A DNA stretch of 64,000 nucleotides, taken from the NCBI GenBank assembly GCA_964629655.1, contig CAZVQU010000001.1, positions 164,056 through 228,055 of the forward strand, given 5' to 3'. Positions within the stretch are counted from its first letter, which is position 1; each line of letters begins with the position of its first letter. The stretch is from an uncultured Planctomycetia bacterium. GTDB lineage: Bacteria > Omnitrophota > Gorgyraeia > Duberdicusellales > 4484-171. Positions 45,350 through 54,625 of this stretch are shown piece by piece. The position numbers were made by a program, and so were the translations under genes. Below the pieces are notes generated by a model, which did no database searches, was not told the origin of the DNA, and worked only from the letters and a program-made list of their open reading frames with translations.

Positions 45350-45692
45350 ATCTAGAGCTGCTCCAGCCTCTGAGACGATTGCCCCTAAAGAATAGATCTA
45401 CTTTTTCGTCCTCATACATCCAATTCTCATAACCATCCAGCTCCATCTTAGTCTTGGTAGGAAAGCCAATCTTAAAAACAATATCTTTCTTGGTATCCCC
45501 AAAGATTAAAGCTATATCTTCACCAACCACGCGGTAACTCTTCTTATCAACACCCTGGCCAAAGCCATTTCTTACACCGACCACAAAACTTCCATCCCTT
45601 GTGCAGGTATAATCTCTCATTTGCGCACAGCCATAGGTAGAAAATAAAACCAAAATAAGAAAACCTCGGGTAATCTTGCGAATATCTTTCAT
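45318..45692 (-). CDS. Hypothetical lipoprotein
   Basis: Start likely ATG 45692 (MKDIRK); lipobox TYGC; G.TKKDI...IG.P.......WMY pattern. Confidence 0.65.
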   Translation of the reverse strand: MKDIRKITRGFLILVLFSTYGCAQMRDYTCTRDGSFVVGVRNGFGQGVDKKSYRVVGEDIALIFGDTKKDIVFKIGFPTKTKMELDGYENWMYEDEKVDLFFRGNRLRGWSSSRYEEAESQEEN

Positions 45693-45744
45693 TTCAACTC
45701 CCTGCCTGCCGAGAAGCAGACCTAATGTCAATATAATCGAATTA

Positions 45745-46368
45745 CTATTTTTTATCCCTTATAAACAAAAGTGGAAATATTATATCACTAACGCAACAAG
45801 GAATCCATACTGCTAAAAATAGAAACATACACACAGTGCCATAATAAGTCCAGCCCAAAGGTTGGCCTCCAGCCATAATTATGTGAAAAAGTGACGCCCA
45901 GGTACTTAATAACACATGTCCGTAGTGTGAAAATTTAGTTGATGGCCGAAAATAGGCTATGGCAATTCCAATTATTGCTAAAGGATTTACAAGCCACCAC
46001 TTCTCAATAAAACCAGCGTGGACTTCGCGATGAGGCATCTTAAGCAGAGCCTCTCCAAAATAGGGAATTATCGAGTCACTTAAAGTGGCTATGCCTACTG
46101 CACCAAAATAACCAATCACCAGCAGAACAGGAAGGCTGCACATCTTCCTTTCAACCGGGCATTTATGTAGCTCATACATAGAAGCTGTAGCTAAAGCACT
46201 TAATAATATATGCACCGGATGAAAAACGTAAAAAAGATTGTAAGAAATCTTTGGCGAAATATTGCGGAAAATAATCATGACAGCAATTCCGGTAATTGCA
46301 CCAAAAGCTGTAAAAGGAGCATGATGCCTTAGCTCTTCATGTATTCTCTTAAATACTTCATTTTTCAT
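45745..46368 (-). CDS. His-rich polytopic membrane protein of unknown function
   Basis: HEELRHHAPFT, FHPVHILLSA, SHYGHVLLST.ASLFH, PCCVSDIIFP; several hydrophobic segments. Confidence 0.75.
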   Translation of the reverse strand: MKNEVFKRIHEELRHHAPFTAFGAITGIAVMIIFRNISPKISYNLFYVFHPVHILLSALATASMYELHKCPVERKMCSLPVLLVIGYFGAVGIATLSDSIIPYFGEALLKMPHREVHAGFIEKWWLVNPLAIIGIAIAYFRPSTKFSHYGHVLLSTWASLFHIIMAGGQPLGWTYYGTVCMFLFLAVWIPCCVSDIIFPLLFIRDKK

Positions 46369-46384
46369 GTTTTTTCCTTAAAAA

Positions 46385-47092
46385 CTATAACTGAAATTCT
46401 TGGCCAACCTTTACATCCCAGAAATTTTCGGCATAAACTTGCTTAAAGATATTCATCGCCTCAAATCCTGTACAATGCGAAGGTCCAACATTCTCTACAC
46501 CTAGGTTTTTTAACTCTTCTGTAAGATATTTTATAACTCTATTATCTTCATCAATAAGATGAAATCCACCAAGAACAGCATATATCTTATCTTGGGGAAA
46601 CTCTTTTTTTACTTTCTCAATAAATTTAATAACTCCCGGATGAGAACAGCCACAGATAACAGAAATACCTTTACCTGTCTTTGCTAACAAGGCTTGCTCC
46701 TCTATCTCCCTATCTTTGTAGCGCCCATTAAATGGTCCAGTTGTATAAATATTATCGCAAATTTCAAAAAAACTATCAACTACTTTAAGATTGTAGGAAA
46801 TAAACTTCTCCTTAAATTCTCTAGCAAAATCTGAACAAGCGAAAATCTCGATATCTTTATTAATACTTAAAAGATCCCAAAGCCCGCCAGTATGGTCCCA
46901 ATGGTTATGGGAAACAACAACTCTTTCTATTGCCTCTATATCTACATCGAAAGCCTTTAGGTTTTTTAGGGTATGCTCTCCCCTTTCCCCGGTGTCGAAT
47001 AAGGTTTTATCATCAATCATACAGGAAGTACCCCAGCCACAGGAATACTTATCTTCAAATTTTTCTTTGTCAAAAATTATCTTAATTCTCAT
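46385..47092 (-). CDS. MBL-fold metallo-hydrolase
   Basis: LFDTG, VSHNHWDHTGG, GCSHPG, LGGFHL, PSHCTG. Confidence 0.9.
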   Translation of the reverse strand: MRIKIIFDKEKFEDKYSCGWGTSCMIDDKTLFDTGERGEHTLKNLKAFDVDIEAIERVVVSHNHWDHTGGLWDLLSINKDIEIFACSDFAREFKEKFISYNLKVVDSFFEICDNIYTTGPFNGRYKDREIEEQALLAKTGKGISVICGCSHPGVIKFIEKVKKEFPQDKIYAVLGGFHLIDEDNRVIKYLTEELKNLGVENVGPSHCTGFEAMNIFKQVYAENFWDVKVGQEFQL

Positions 47093-47101
47093 TTTCTAAA
47101 A

Positions 47102-47764
47102 TTATTTACTATACTTTCTTTCACCAAAGATTGCTGTTCCGACCCTGACCAAGTTAGCTCCTTCCTCTATGGCTATTCCGTATGATGTACTCATGCCCAT
47201 AGAAAGATATCTCCACTCTAATTTTCCCCGGCAATTACCTTTAATCTTATCAAATAAATCTTTTGTTTTTTTAAAAAAAGGTCTCAGCTCCTGGGGGTTA
47301 TTCAACCAAGGCCCCATGGTCATAAGTCCCATAGGTTTTAAATTAGCAAATTGCAAGATCTTACCAAGAAGTCGCTCAACATCTTCAGCTAAGACCCCTT
47401 GCTTCTGAGGCTCATTGGCAGAGTTAACTTCAATTAAGACCGGCATAACTTTATTTATTTTTCTACACTCCTCATCTAGCACTTCAGCTAAAGCTAAAGA
47501 ATCAAGGGTTTCAATCATATCAAATATTTTTACTCCTCTTCTAACCTTATTCTTCTGAAGGTGGCCGATAAAATGCCACCTGACTTTATTACCTAAAACG
47601 GCAAATTTCTCCTGAGCTTGCCTTACGTAGTTCTCACCGAATATTTTTACTCCCGCCTCGAAAGCTTCAACAATCTCAGCTGCACTCCGCTCCTTGCTAG
47701 CTGCGACTAACTCTACGCCCCCCGGCAGGTCTTCTAAGACTTTCTTAACATTATCTTTAATCAT
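47102..47764 (-). CDS. yggS: PLP homeostasis protein YggS
   Basis: FGENYV, WHFIGHLQKNK, GLMTM, LSMGMS, EGANLVRVGTAIFG. Confidence 0.95.
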   Translation of the reverse strand: MIKDNVKKVLEDLPGGVELVAASKERSAAEIVEAFEAGVKIFGENYVRQAQEKFAVLGNKVRWHFIGHLQKNKVRRGVKIFDMIETLDSLALAEVLDEECRKINKVMPVLIEVNSANEPQKQGVLAEDVERLLGKILQFANLKPMGLMTMGPWLNNPQELRPFFKKTKDLFDKIKGNCRGKLEWRYLSMGMSTSYGIAIEEGANLVRVGTAIFGERKYSK

Positions 47765-48695
47765 TAGCTATGAAGTGTTTTATTCCTCTGATTCTGCTCA
47801 TCTTTATCAGTTTCTTTGCCAGGAGTAAAGAAAGCTGTTTGTTCACCTGGCTGGAACTGGCAGCCAAAGAATTTAGCAAATCTTCTAAGCTCCCCGGCCT
47901 AACTCTTAAAAAGTTTAAGATATCTTTCTTCAAGTTTCCAGGAGTCCTGTTACTTCTTCCCTTGAGAGAGAATTTAACCACAACCTTAGAACTTTTGCCT
48001 AAAACTTTCTTTATCATCTCTATTTTACTTTCCCTCGGCAAAGATATCTTTACCCCGGCCGGCCTTACTGGAAGATTGAGCTGAATCTTATCAGGATTTA
48101 TTCTTTTTATGATTTCTCTAAATTTCTCTATTTCGCCCTTACTATCGTTTATTCCGGAGATAAGCATTATTTCTAGCCAAATTTTACCCTTGAACTCTTT
48201 TCTCAAGCTAATAAGGCCACTGACTATTTTTTTAAGAGTTACTCCCTTAAGCGGACGATTGATTTTAGAAAATGTTTTCTCGCTAGCCGCATCTAGAGAA
48301 GGGACGATTAAGTCTGCCATTTTTAGCTCATCTCTGACCCCCTTTCTGTAGAGAAGGGATGAATTAGTAATTACAGCTACTGGATACTTATTTCGGGTAA
48401 CTTTTTTTATAGTAGCAATTATCTTATCTAAGCCCTTATGCAAGGTTGGTTCTCCGGACCCAGAGATAGTTATATAATTAATCTCAGGGTTCCTGTTAAT
48501 AATCTCTCCTAAATCCTCTTTGAATTTTGAAAGCTTAAGGGAAGAGAACCTTTTTGCAGTTTTTTTACTGCTTAAACCTAATTGGCAATATAGACAATTA
48601 AAAGAACATGTCTTCTTGGGAAGCAAATCTACCCCTAAAGAAAAACCTAATCTTCTTGAAGGAACTGGGCCGTAAAAATAGCTCTTTATTGACAT
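47757..48695 (-). CDS. Radical SAM Fe-S protein (GPVPSRRLG family)
   Basis: GPVPSRRLG.SLG, CSFNCLYCQLG, SGSGEPTL, ITNSSLL. Confidence 0.88.
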   Translation of the reverse strand: MSIKSYFYGPVPSRRLGFSLGVDLLPKKTCSFNCLYCQLGLSSKKTAKRFSSLKLSKFKEDLGEIINRNPEINYITISGSGEPTLHKGLDKIIATIKKVTRNKYPVAVITNSSLLYRKGVRDELKMADLIVPSLDAASEKTFSKINRPLKGVTLKKIVSGLISLRKEFKGKIWLEIMLISGINDSKGEIEKFREIIKRINPDKIQLNLPVRPAGVKISLPRESKIEMIKKVLGKSSKVVVKFSLKGRSNRTPGNLKKDILNFLRVRPGSLEDLLNSLAASSSQVNKQLSLLLAKKLIKMSRIRGIKHFIAND

Positions 48696-49711
48696 CGCCT
48701 AAATTCTTTTAAGGCCAGTTTGAGATTGTTTAAGTGGGTGCGGGTAGTAAGGAGGGTGAAATCCTCGGTATCGATGAAAAAAACATCCTCTAGGCCTAAA
48801 ACCATAGTTTTTTTCTTCAAACTATCCGTATAAATTAGGTTATTCTTAGCATCGCGAATAAAGGAATTGCCTCTGGTTGCATTACCCTTCTTATCTTTGG
48901 CCAAAACCTCATAGATTGCCAACCAAGAACCAAAGTCTTTCCATGAGAAATTCCCTTTAACCATTTTAGCTTTTTTTGTCTTCTCCATTATTGCTTTATC
49001 AAAAGGAATATTGCTTATTTTCTTATAAAGAGAAGAAATTCTCTTAGCCTTAAAGCAACTGTTAAAATACTTATAATCAGAGTAATACTTCTCATACTCA
49101 TCAATTAGGGTAGACACAGTTGCAATAAACATCCCGCTATTATAAAAACAACTTCCTGAAGAAATAAGCTTTTTTGCACAAGGTACTGTTGGCTTTTCAA
49201 TAAACTTCTTTACTGAAAAAATACCCTTTTTAGCTGCTCCCTTTAGTTGAATATAGCCAAAATTCGGTGTAGGTGAAGATGGCTTTATGCCTAAGGTACA
49301 TATCCAACCATCTTGGGCTGCTACCAAAGATTTCTTCAGGGTCCGGTAAAACTCTGTCTCATTTTTTATAAGGGTGTCTACCGGTGAAATAATTAGATTC
49401 CTTCTGGAATGCTTTTGCAAATGATGTAAAGATAAAAGAATTGCAGCCGCAGTATTTTTACTGGCTGGTTCAAAGAAAATATTATTCTTTTTAATTAATT
49501 TTACTTTCGCCAGCTCTTTTCTTTCTGCCTGATTGGCAACTAAAAATATATTATCTCGGGTGGTTATCTTTAAAAATCTCTTTATGGTAAGCTCTAAGGG
49601 AGAGAAGCCAAAAATATCTAAGAAATTCTTGCTCACCTTCCGAGATAATGGCCAAAGCCGCAATGACCTTCCCCCGCAAAGAATTAGAACTAACGGCTTA
49701 TTACTTAGCAC
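48686..49711 (-). CDS. Mannose-1-phosphate guanylyltransferase-like
   Basis: ILCGG...RLWPLSR, EPASKNTAAAI, FGYI, FIEKP, YNSGMF, WKDFGSW. Confidence 0.88.
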   Translation of the reverse strand: MLSNKPLVLILCGGRSLRLWPLSRKVSKNFLDIFGFSPLELTIKRFLKITTRDNIFLVANQAERKELAKVKLIKKNNIFFEPASKNTAAAILLSLHHLQKHSRRNLIISPVDTLIKNETEFYRTLKKSLVAAQDGWICTLGIKPSSPTPNFGYIQLKGAAKKGIFSVKKFIEKPTVPCAKKLISSGSCFYNSGMFIATVSTLIDEYEKYYSDYKYFNSCFKAKRISSLYKKISNIPFDKAIMEKTKKAKMVKGNFSWKDFGSWLAIYEVLAKDKKGNATRGNSFIRDAKNNLIYTDSLKKKTMVLGLEDVFFIDTEDFTLLTTRTHLNNLKLALKEFRRCQ

Positions 49712-51155
49712 TCATCTCCCTTGTTTGTTTCGAAAAATACCCTCCGGTATAACCATCAATAATCGCAGTTAGCTCTGCCAATCTTAGCTTCTTTTTAAAT
49801 AAATCCTCCTCTGACAAGGAAGCACTAGCAAGCTCCCTCCTCAAGCGTACCCTTTCAAAATATACTCTGTTTATTTCATCAAGAATATCCAGCCGCAACT
49901 GGGTGTTAAGACGGGCCCGGGTATCGACATCGTCCTCATAGGAATTCCAAAGTAAATCGCCGACATTCCAGGAAAAAGAAACTCCCCAATCATAAGGTCC
50001 TGTATAATATCTATCAGCACCACTATCATAATTAATTGTCTTATCATAATCGACATTAACCGAGGGACATAACCCTCTGTATTTTAAACCAGTCCTCCAC
50101 TTTTTTATCTTGTCAGGATGAACCTCATTGTAAAATAAGGCTGCTTCTTGGATTTCACCTACCGAAGGCTCTCCTTCTAAGACCACTCCTAGATTATTTT
50201 TGGAATAAACTGATGAAAAATAATCATTTTCAAATAAGCCTTTAGGTGTCGCTAAATAAATTCTGCCCTCAGGAGTAAATTCTATCCAGGAAACATAAGA
50301 GGAATGCAACCCCTCAAAAATCTGTTTAGATGTGTTTCTCCTCAAATCAACCATAAAAAATCCTTTAGTAGTACCTAGATAAATAGCATTAGCCTGTAAT
50401 TTTGTCTGGGTAAAACAATTAACAGAAAGATTGTCTATCCCTGATATATACAGTTTTCTCCAATTAGCCCCCTTATCTTCGGAAATGAATAAGCCCTGGT
50501 TTGTCCCAAGCCAAAGATAACCTTTGTTCAAAATATCTGCCTTGATAATTTGAGATGATAGGCCTTCTTCACCTACAGCTTCTTCTTTTCTCATTACAAA
50601 CAATCTCTTTACCTTTTTCTCATTCTTTAAGAGATAGGCGCCTCTTTCAGTGGCTAGATACAAATTATCCCCGGATGGTTCTAGAAAATAAATAGAGAAA
50701 CCGCTGAAGGATTTTATTTTTCCCCAAATTAAACCATCTTCGGAAGCAAAACGTAGCCCTTGGCTTGTTCCGATATAGAGCAGCCCTCTGTGTTTCGCAG
50801 CCGTAAAGACTGACTCATCATCGGATGAGGAGAATAACTTCTCCAGCCTTTCCCTTAATCTGTAAAGGTGGCGGCTAGTAACGATATATACAGTACCGGC
50901 TAAGGAAGAATCAAAGAAGACATGCTGGACTTCTTCATCTTTAAATACTGCTAGCTTCTCAAATTTCTGGCCGCCATCTTGACTCTTATATAGAGAATTA
51001 TTTGAAGCAACACAAATAACTTTTGGATCAAAAGATGATATGATTACTCTTTTTACATTACCGCTTTCCAACCCTTGGACTGGCCTAAAAAGAGAAAAAC
51101 TGTTATGGAAAGGAATAAGCAAAAGAAAGGAAAGGAGAAGGATTATTTTTTTCAC
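49701..51155 (-). CDS. Secreted beta-propeller protein with C-terminal helical/beta-hairpin domain
   Basis: Signal peptide; blades LYIGTSQGL, LYLATERGA, LWLGTNQGLFISEDKGANW, IYLGTTKGF, IYLATPKGL. Confidence 0.75.
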   Translation of the reverse strand: MKKIILLLSFLLLIPFHNSFSLFRPVQGLESGNVKRVIISSFDPKVICVASNNSLYKSQDGGQKFEKLAVFKDEEVQHVFFDSSLAGTVYIVTSRHLYRLRERLEKLFSSSDDESVFTAAKHRGLLYIGTSQGLRFASEDGLIWGKIKSFSGFSIYFLEPSGDNLYLATERGAYLLKNEKKVKRLFVMRKEEAVGEEGLSSQIIKADILNKGYLWLGTNQGLFISEDKGANWRKLYISGIDNLSVNCFTQTKLQANAIYLGTTKGFFMVDLRRNTSKQIFEGLHSSYVSWIEFTPEGRIYLATPKGLFENDYFSSVYSKNNLGVVLEGEPSVGEIQEAALFYNEVHPDKIKKWRTGLKYRGLCPSVNVDYDKTINYDSGADRYYTGPYDWGVSFSWNVGDLLWNSYEDDVDTRARLNTQLRLDILDEINRVYFERVRLRRELASASLSEEDLFKKKLRLAELTAIIDGYTGGYFSKQTREMSAK

Positions 51156-51188
51156 TTATTTAACTAATAATTATTAACTAATAAAAAG

Positions 51189-51261
51189 TGCCGAGGAAGG
51201 GAGTCGAACCCCTGACGCAGGGATTTTCAGTCCCTCGCTCTACCGCCTGAGCTACCTCGGC
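51189..51261 (-). tRNA. tRNA-Phe(GAA)
   Basis: GCCGAGGTAGCTCAGGCGGTAGAGC, AGGGA-CTGAAAA-TCCCT, GGTTCGACTCC; no encoded CCA. Confidence 0.96.
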
Positions 51262-51304
51262 AACAAATATTCACCAGTGTAAAGCAACCGGCAAACAAAA
51301 GAAA

Positions 51305-51332
51305 ATTATAGCATAGAAACTCCGGTTGACAA
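51305..51332 (-). promoter_or_regulatory. Promoter for tRNA-Phe
   Basis: TTGTCA-N16-TATAAT with TGn. Confidence 0.6.
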
Positions 51333-51360
51333 TATTTTTTTAAGATGACTTTTCCAATAT

Positions 51361-52482
51361 TTACAGGCTTATTTTGACCATGTTCCCGACTATTTTAGCA
51401 ATAGCAAGAGATGCTGTTAAGCCTGGAGATTCAATGCCAATAAGGTTTATAAAACCGCTAAAACCATTGTTAGACTCATCTTCTACAATGAAGTCTCTAA
51501 AGCCTTGACCCGGTCCCTGAAGCTTTGCTCGTATACCTGAGGTATCTGGCCCTAAATCCTCAAGCTTAATGAAAGGAAGAAGCGTTTTAACATCATCATA
51601 AAAAATCTCTTTCTTTGACTGATCAATATCGTAGCAGACCTTATCTACATATTCATCATCAGGGCCCAGGCGCAGGCCCCGGCCTAAATCCAAAGTAGCA
51701 TGTATACCTAGACTTAAGGCTTCTGTTTTCGGAAAAGGGTATATTAATCTATTAATAAGCTTTGCTTTGTTATTATGCACCCTAAAGTAATCTCCTTTGC
51801 AATATTTTATTCTGTACTCATCCTTCTTAATTCCAACCATCTCTGCCACTTTGTCTGAGTTGAACCCGGAAGCATTGATAACCACCCGGGCAGAAAAACT
51901 AAATAATCCGCCGGTATCCTCTACTGAAACTTTAAAGCCATCGCTAACCTTATCTACTCCAACCACCTCTGCATTGTAGGCTATCTGGCCACCTCTGTCC
52001 CTAAATTCTGAAAGTAAATTTTTCATTAAACTATGGGAATCAATAATGCCAGTAGAAGGCGAAGAAATAGCCGCTTCAGCATTTATATTGGGTTCGATCT
52101 TTTTTATCTCTTCCTTAGAGATAATTTTTAAATCCTCTACTCCGCTCTCTAAACCATTTTCTAAAAGCTTCTCTAGCCCTTCCCTTTCATTATTATTATT
52201 AGTTATAGCAATAAGCTTACCGATTCTCTTATGTCCAACATTATTCTTCTGACAATACTCATAGAGGAGTTTCTTCCCTCTAAGACAAGTCTTTGCCTTC
52301 AAAGAATCTTTTGGGTAATAGATTCCGGCATGGATTACTTCGCTATTTCTTGAGCTTGTTTCCTGACCAAAGGAAGGATTTTTTTCAATTACCAGGATAT
52401 CTTTATGATTTTTGGAAAGTTGCCTAGCTACAGCTAAGCCAATAACCCCTGCACCAACGATGACGATCTCAACTCTATCCAT
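51361..52482 (-). CDS. FAD-dependent oxidoreductase, L-2-hydroxyglutarate oxidase family
   Basis: GAGVIGLA, ETSSRNSEVIHAGIYY, LGIHAT, GIESPGLTAS. Confidence 0.9.
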   Translation of the reverse strand: MDRVEIVIVGAGVIGLAVARQLSKNHKDILVIEKNPSFGQETSSRNSEVIHAGIYYPKDSLKAKTCLRGKKLLYEYCQKNNVGHKRIGKLIAITNNNNEREGLEKLLENGLESGVEDLKIISKEEIKKIEPNINAEAAISSPSTGIIDSHSLMKNLLSEFRDRGGQIAYNAEVVGVDKVSDGFKVSVEDTGGLFSFSARVVINASGFNSDKVAEMVGIKKDEYRIKYCKGDYFRVHNNKAKLINRLIYPFPKTEALSLGIHATLDLGRGLRLGPDDEYVDKVCYDIDQSKKEIFYDDVKTLLPFIKLEDLGPDTSGIRAKLQGPGQGFRDFIVEDESNNGFSGFINLIGIESPGLTASLAIAKIVGNMVKISL

Positions 52483-52506
52483 AATATCGATAGCATAGTT
52501 TGCAAA

Positions 52507-52734
52507 CTACTGCTCACTCTTAAACTCAGCAATTATTCTCTTAGCTTCTTCTACATCATCTTCCAAAACTTTTATCTCTCCCTTCCCAATTGAAGGCTGA
52601 AAGATTGAGTATACCGAGGTAGCTTGATAGTAAAAAACATCTACGGAAATATTATTCTCCTTTAAGATTGCTTCCAATTGCGGGGCTTCTAAATCATCGA
52701 AGATGGTGTAAATCTTAATCCATTTTTTACTCAA
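52507..52734 (-). CDS. Small PII/GlnB-like protein (DUF2007-like)
   Basis: W.KIY....LEA..LEAILKENNI ... EIKVLEDDVEEAKRII pattern. Confidence 0.7.
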   Translation of the reverse strand: MSKKWIKIYTIFDDLEAPQLEAILKENNISVDVFYYQATSVYSIFQPSIGKGEIKVLEDDVEEAKRIIAEFKSEQ

Positions 52735-53161
52735 GGCTAGCCTCCTCTCCTGTCCTTATGCCTTCTACTTCTTCATCTTCAAAACAATTAAAGATTTTTG
52801 ATGCTGCAAACTCAGCAAGTGAGTAATTAAGAGAGGCTACCTCTACTTGAGTCTTACGGTTCTCTAACTCTGTAAAAAATATTGCCACCTCTGTTGATTC
52901 ACTACATTGCGGAAAAATTCTATTAAAGCCAATAATCACAAGAAAGCCTTCTTTCCTTCCTCCTCGATAGAAAGAAACTTCCATTTTGTTTAATTTTTGA
53001 TTAATTTGTGAATAGCAGGAGAAGAAATCTTTATCAAAGGTCTTGCTATAGACTTTACCCTGCTCCCTGAAACGCTTGGTTCCTGCTCCGAAGAGCCGAC
53101 TCAGCTCAAGCGGAGAGCAGCCTAGAAAAAAAAGAAGAAAAATAAGAATTAGCCTCTTCAT
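52727..53161 (-). CDS. Hypothetical lipoprotein
   Basis: MKRLILIFLLFFLGC lipobox. Confidence 0.7.
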   Translation of the reverse strand: MKRLILIFLLFFLGCSPLELSRLFGAGTKRFREQGKVYSKTFDKDFFSCYSQINQKLNKMEVSFYRGGRKEGFLVIIGFNRIFPQCSESTEVAIFFTELENRKTQVEVASLNYSLAEFAASKIFNCFEDEEVEGIRTGEEASLE

Positions 53162-53167
53162 CTACTC

Positions 53168-53440
53168 TTACCCTAATCTTTGGCTATCTTCCTTTCTGTA
53201 AACCAATACAACGATAAACACTATGGTGAAAAGAATAAGATTCGCAATATTGAATGTCCGCCAAACTAAATCTTCTGAAGCAAAGCCGTCAGGAGCCATC
53301 AAGACGAAACAAGTCCACACACCTGCTACCCAATATATACTGATATCCCGAGACGACTTTCGCTTGGCTATTCTCACAATCAGAGGTATATTCCATAAAG
53401 GTAGGATTATCGCCGCTAAGAGTGCTATTTTTTCTGCCAT
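53168..53440 (-). CDS. PQ-loop / SemiSWEET-like 3-TM protein
   Basis: IPLIVRIAKRKSSRDIS motif; 3 hydrophobic helices. Confidence 0.75.
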   Translation of the reverse strand: MAEKIALLAAIILPLWNIPLIVRIAKRKSSRDISIYWVAGVWTCFVLMAPDGFASEDLVWRTFNIANLILFTIVFIVVLVYRKEDSQRLG

Positions 53441-53475
53441 TTAGTGGATTAGTTGTTAAAAGTATTTACTGGTAA

Positions 53476-54624
53476 TTAGGATTTTTTGGAGAAAGATTTA
53501 AGCGCTTTGAGATAATTATCGTAGTTAGAACTTATTTCCCCTAGAGCATCAGACCCAAATTTTTCCAAAAAGCTCTCTGTTAAAGCAATCGCTGACATAT
53601 TCTCAGCAATAAGAGCACAGGCAGCTATCGCACAAACATCTGAGCGCACAATTGGTGCCTTCTCGGTTTTCTTGTTAAGTATATTTACTGAATCAAGAGG
53701 TTTAGCTAATGTAGCAATTGGTTTCATGGCTAACCTTAAAACAATCGGCGACCCGGTAGAAATGCCGCCCTCGATACCACCAGAGTTATTAGTCCTTCTG
53801 ATAAATCCCTTGCCAGATTTATAATATATTGCATCGTGAGAAAGTGAGCCTCTCACTCTTGCATAATCAAAACCTAAACCTACCTCGACCCCTTTAACTG
53901 CCGGAATACTCATCAGATAAGAAGTAAGCTTAGCGTCTAGGCGCCGGTCAAAATGCATCGGGCAACCCAACCCCGGCACAACTCCCTCTATCCAAAGTTC
54001 AATTATCCCTCCTAAAGTATCTGAGGACTTAACGGCACATTCAATCTCCTTAATCATTAGTTTTTCTTTCTTATTATCAATGCAATTCAGCTTTGACTTC
54101 TTAATTCTACTGACAATATCACTTATATTTTTAGGACGCTTATTAGAAGAAATTCCGCCAACGCTTATAGTAAAACTAGCAGTCTTTATCCCGAAATTTA
54201 AGAGAAATTGTTTACATATCGCACCGGCACAAACCCTGGCTACTGTCTCTCTCGCTGAAGAACGCTCAAGTATATTCCTTATATCTGTTTCCTGATATTT
54301 TAATGCCCCGGCTAAATCAGCATGTGAAGGTCGCGGTACAGAGATAGGGGGCAAATTATCCTTACTTTGAGCGGATATCTTAGCGTCTTTGTTTTTAACT
54401 AACATCGCTATCGGACTACCTAAAGTTATTTTATTACGCAAACCAGAGACAATACTGACCTTATCTCGCTCTATAGACATCCGTTTCCCCCGGCCGAAAC
54501 CAGACATTCTCTTTTTTAACTCTTCATTGATGAATTTCTCATCAACCTTAAGGCCTTTGGGAAACCCCTCTAAGATAGTGGTAATACACTCCCCATGGGA
54601 TTCGCCAGCAGTTAGAATTCGCAT
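53476..54624 (-). CDS. aroC: Chorismate synthase
   Basis: TAGESHG, PRPSHAD, ERSSARET, NNSGGIEGGIS, RSDVCA. Confidence 0.97.
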   Translation of the reverse strand: MRILTAGESHGECITTILEGFPKGLKVDEKFINEELKKRMSGFGRGKRMSIERDKVSIVSGLRNKITLGSPIAMLVKNKDAKISAQSKDNLPPISVPRPSHADLAGALKYQETDIRNILERSSARETVARVCAGAICKQFLLNFGIKTASFTISVGGISSNKRPKNISDIVSRIKKSKLNCIDNKKEKLMIKEIECAVKSSDTLGGIIELWIEGVVPGLGCPMHFDRRLDAKLTSYLMSIPAVKGVEVGLGFDYARVRGSLSHDAIYYKSGKGFIRRTNNSGGIEGGISTGSPIVLRLAMKPIATLAKPLDSVNILNKKTEKAPIVRSDVCAIAACALIAENMSAIALTESFLEKFGSDALGEISSNYDNYLKALKSFSKKS

Positions 54625-54625
54625 T

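Noticed and set aside
51159-51185. Direct repeat TTAACTAATAA x2 (and TTTTTGACTA x2 near 11381-11409)
   Set aside because: Short AT-rich repeats that could arise by chance; no supporting context.
24892-51261. tRNA-anchored genomic islands or prophage
   Set aside because: No integrase, no duplicated tRNA 3' ends seen, and flanking genes are housekeeping.
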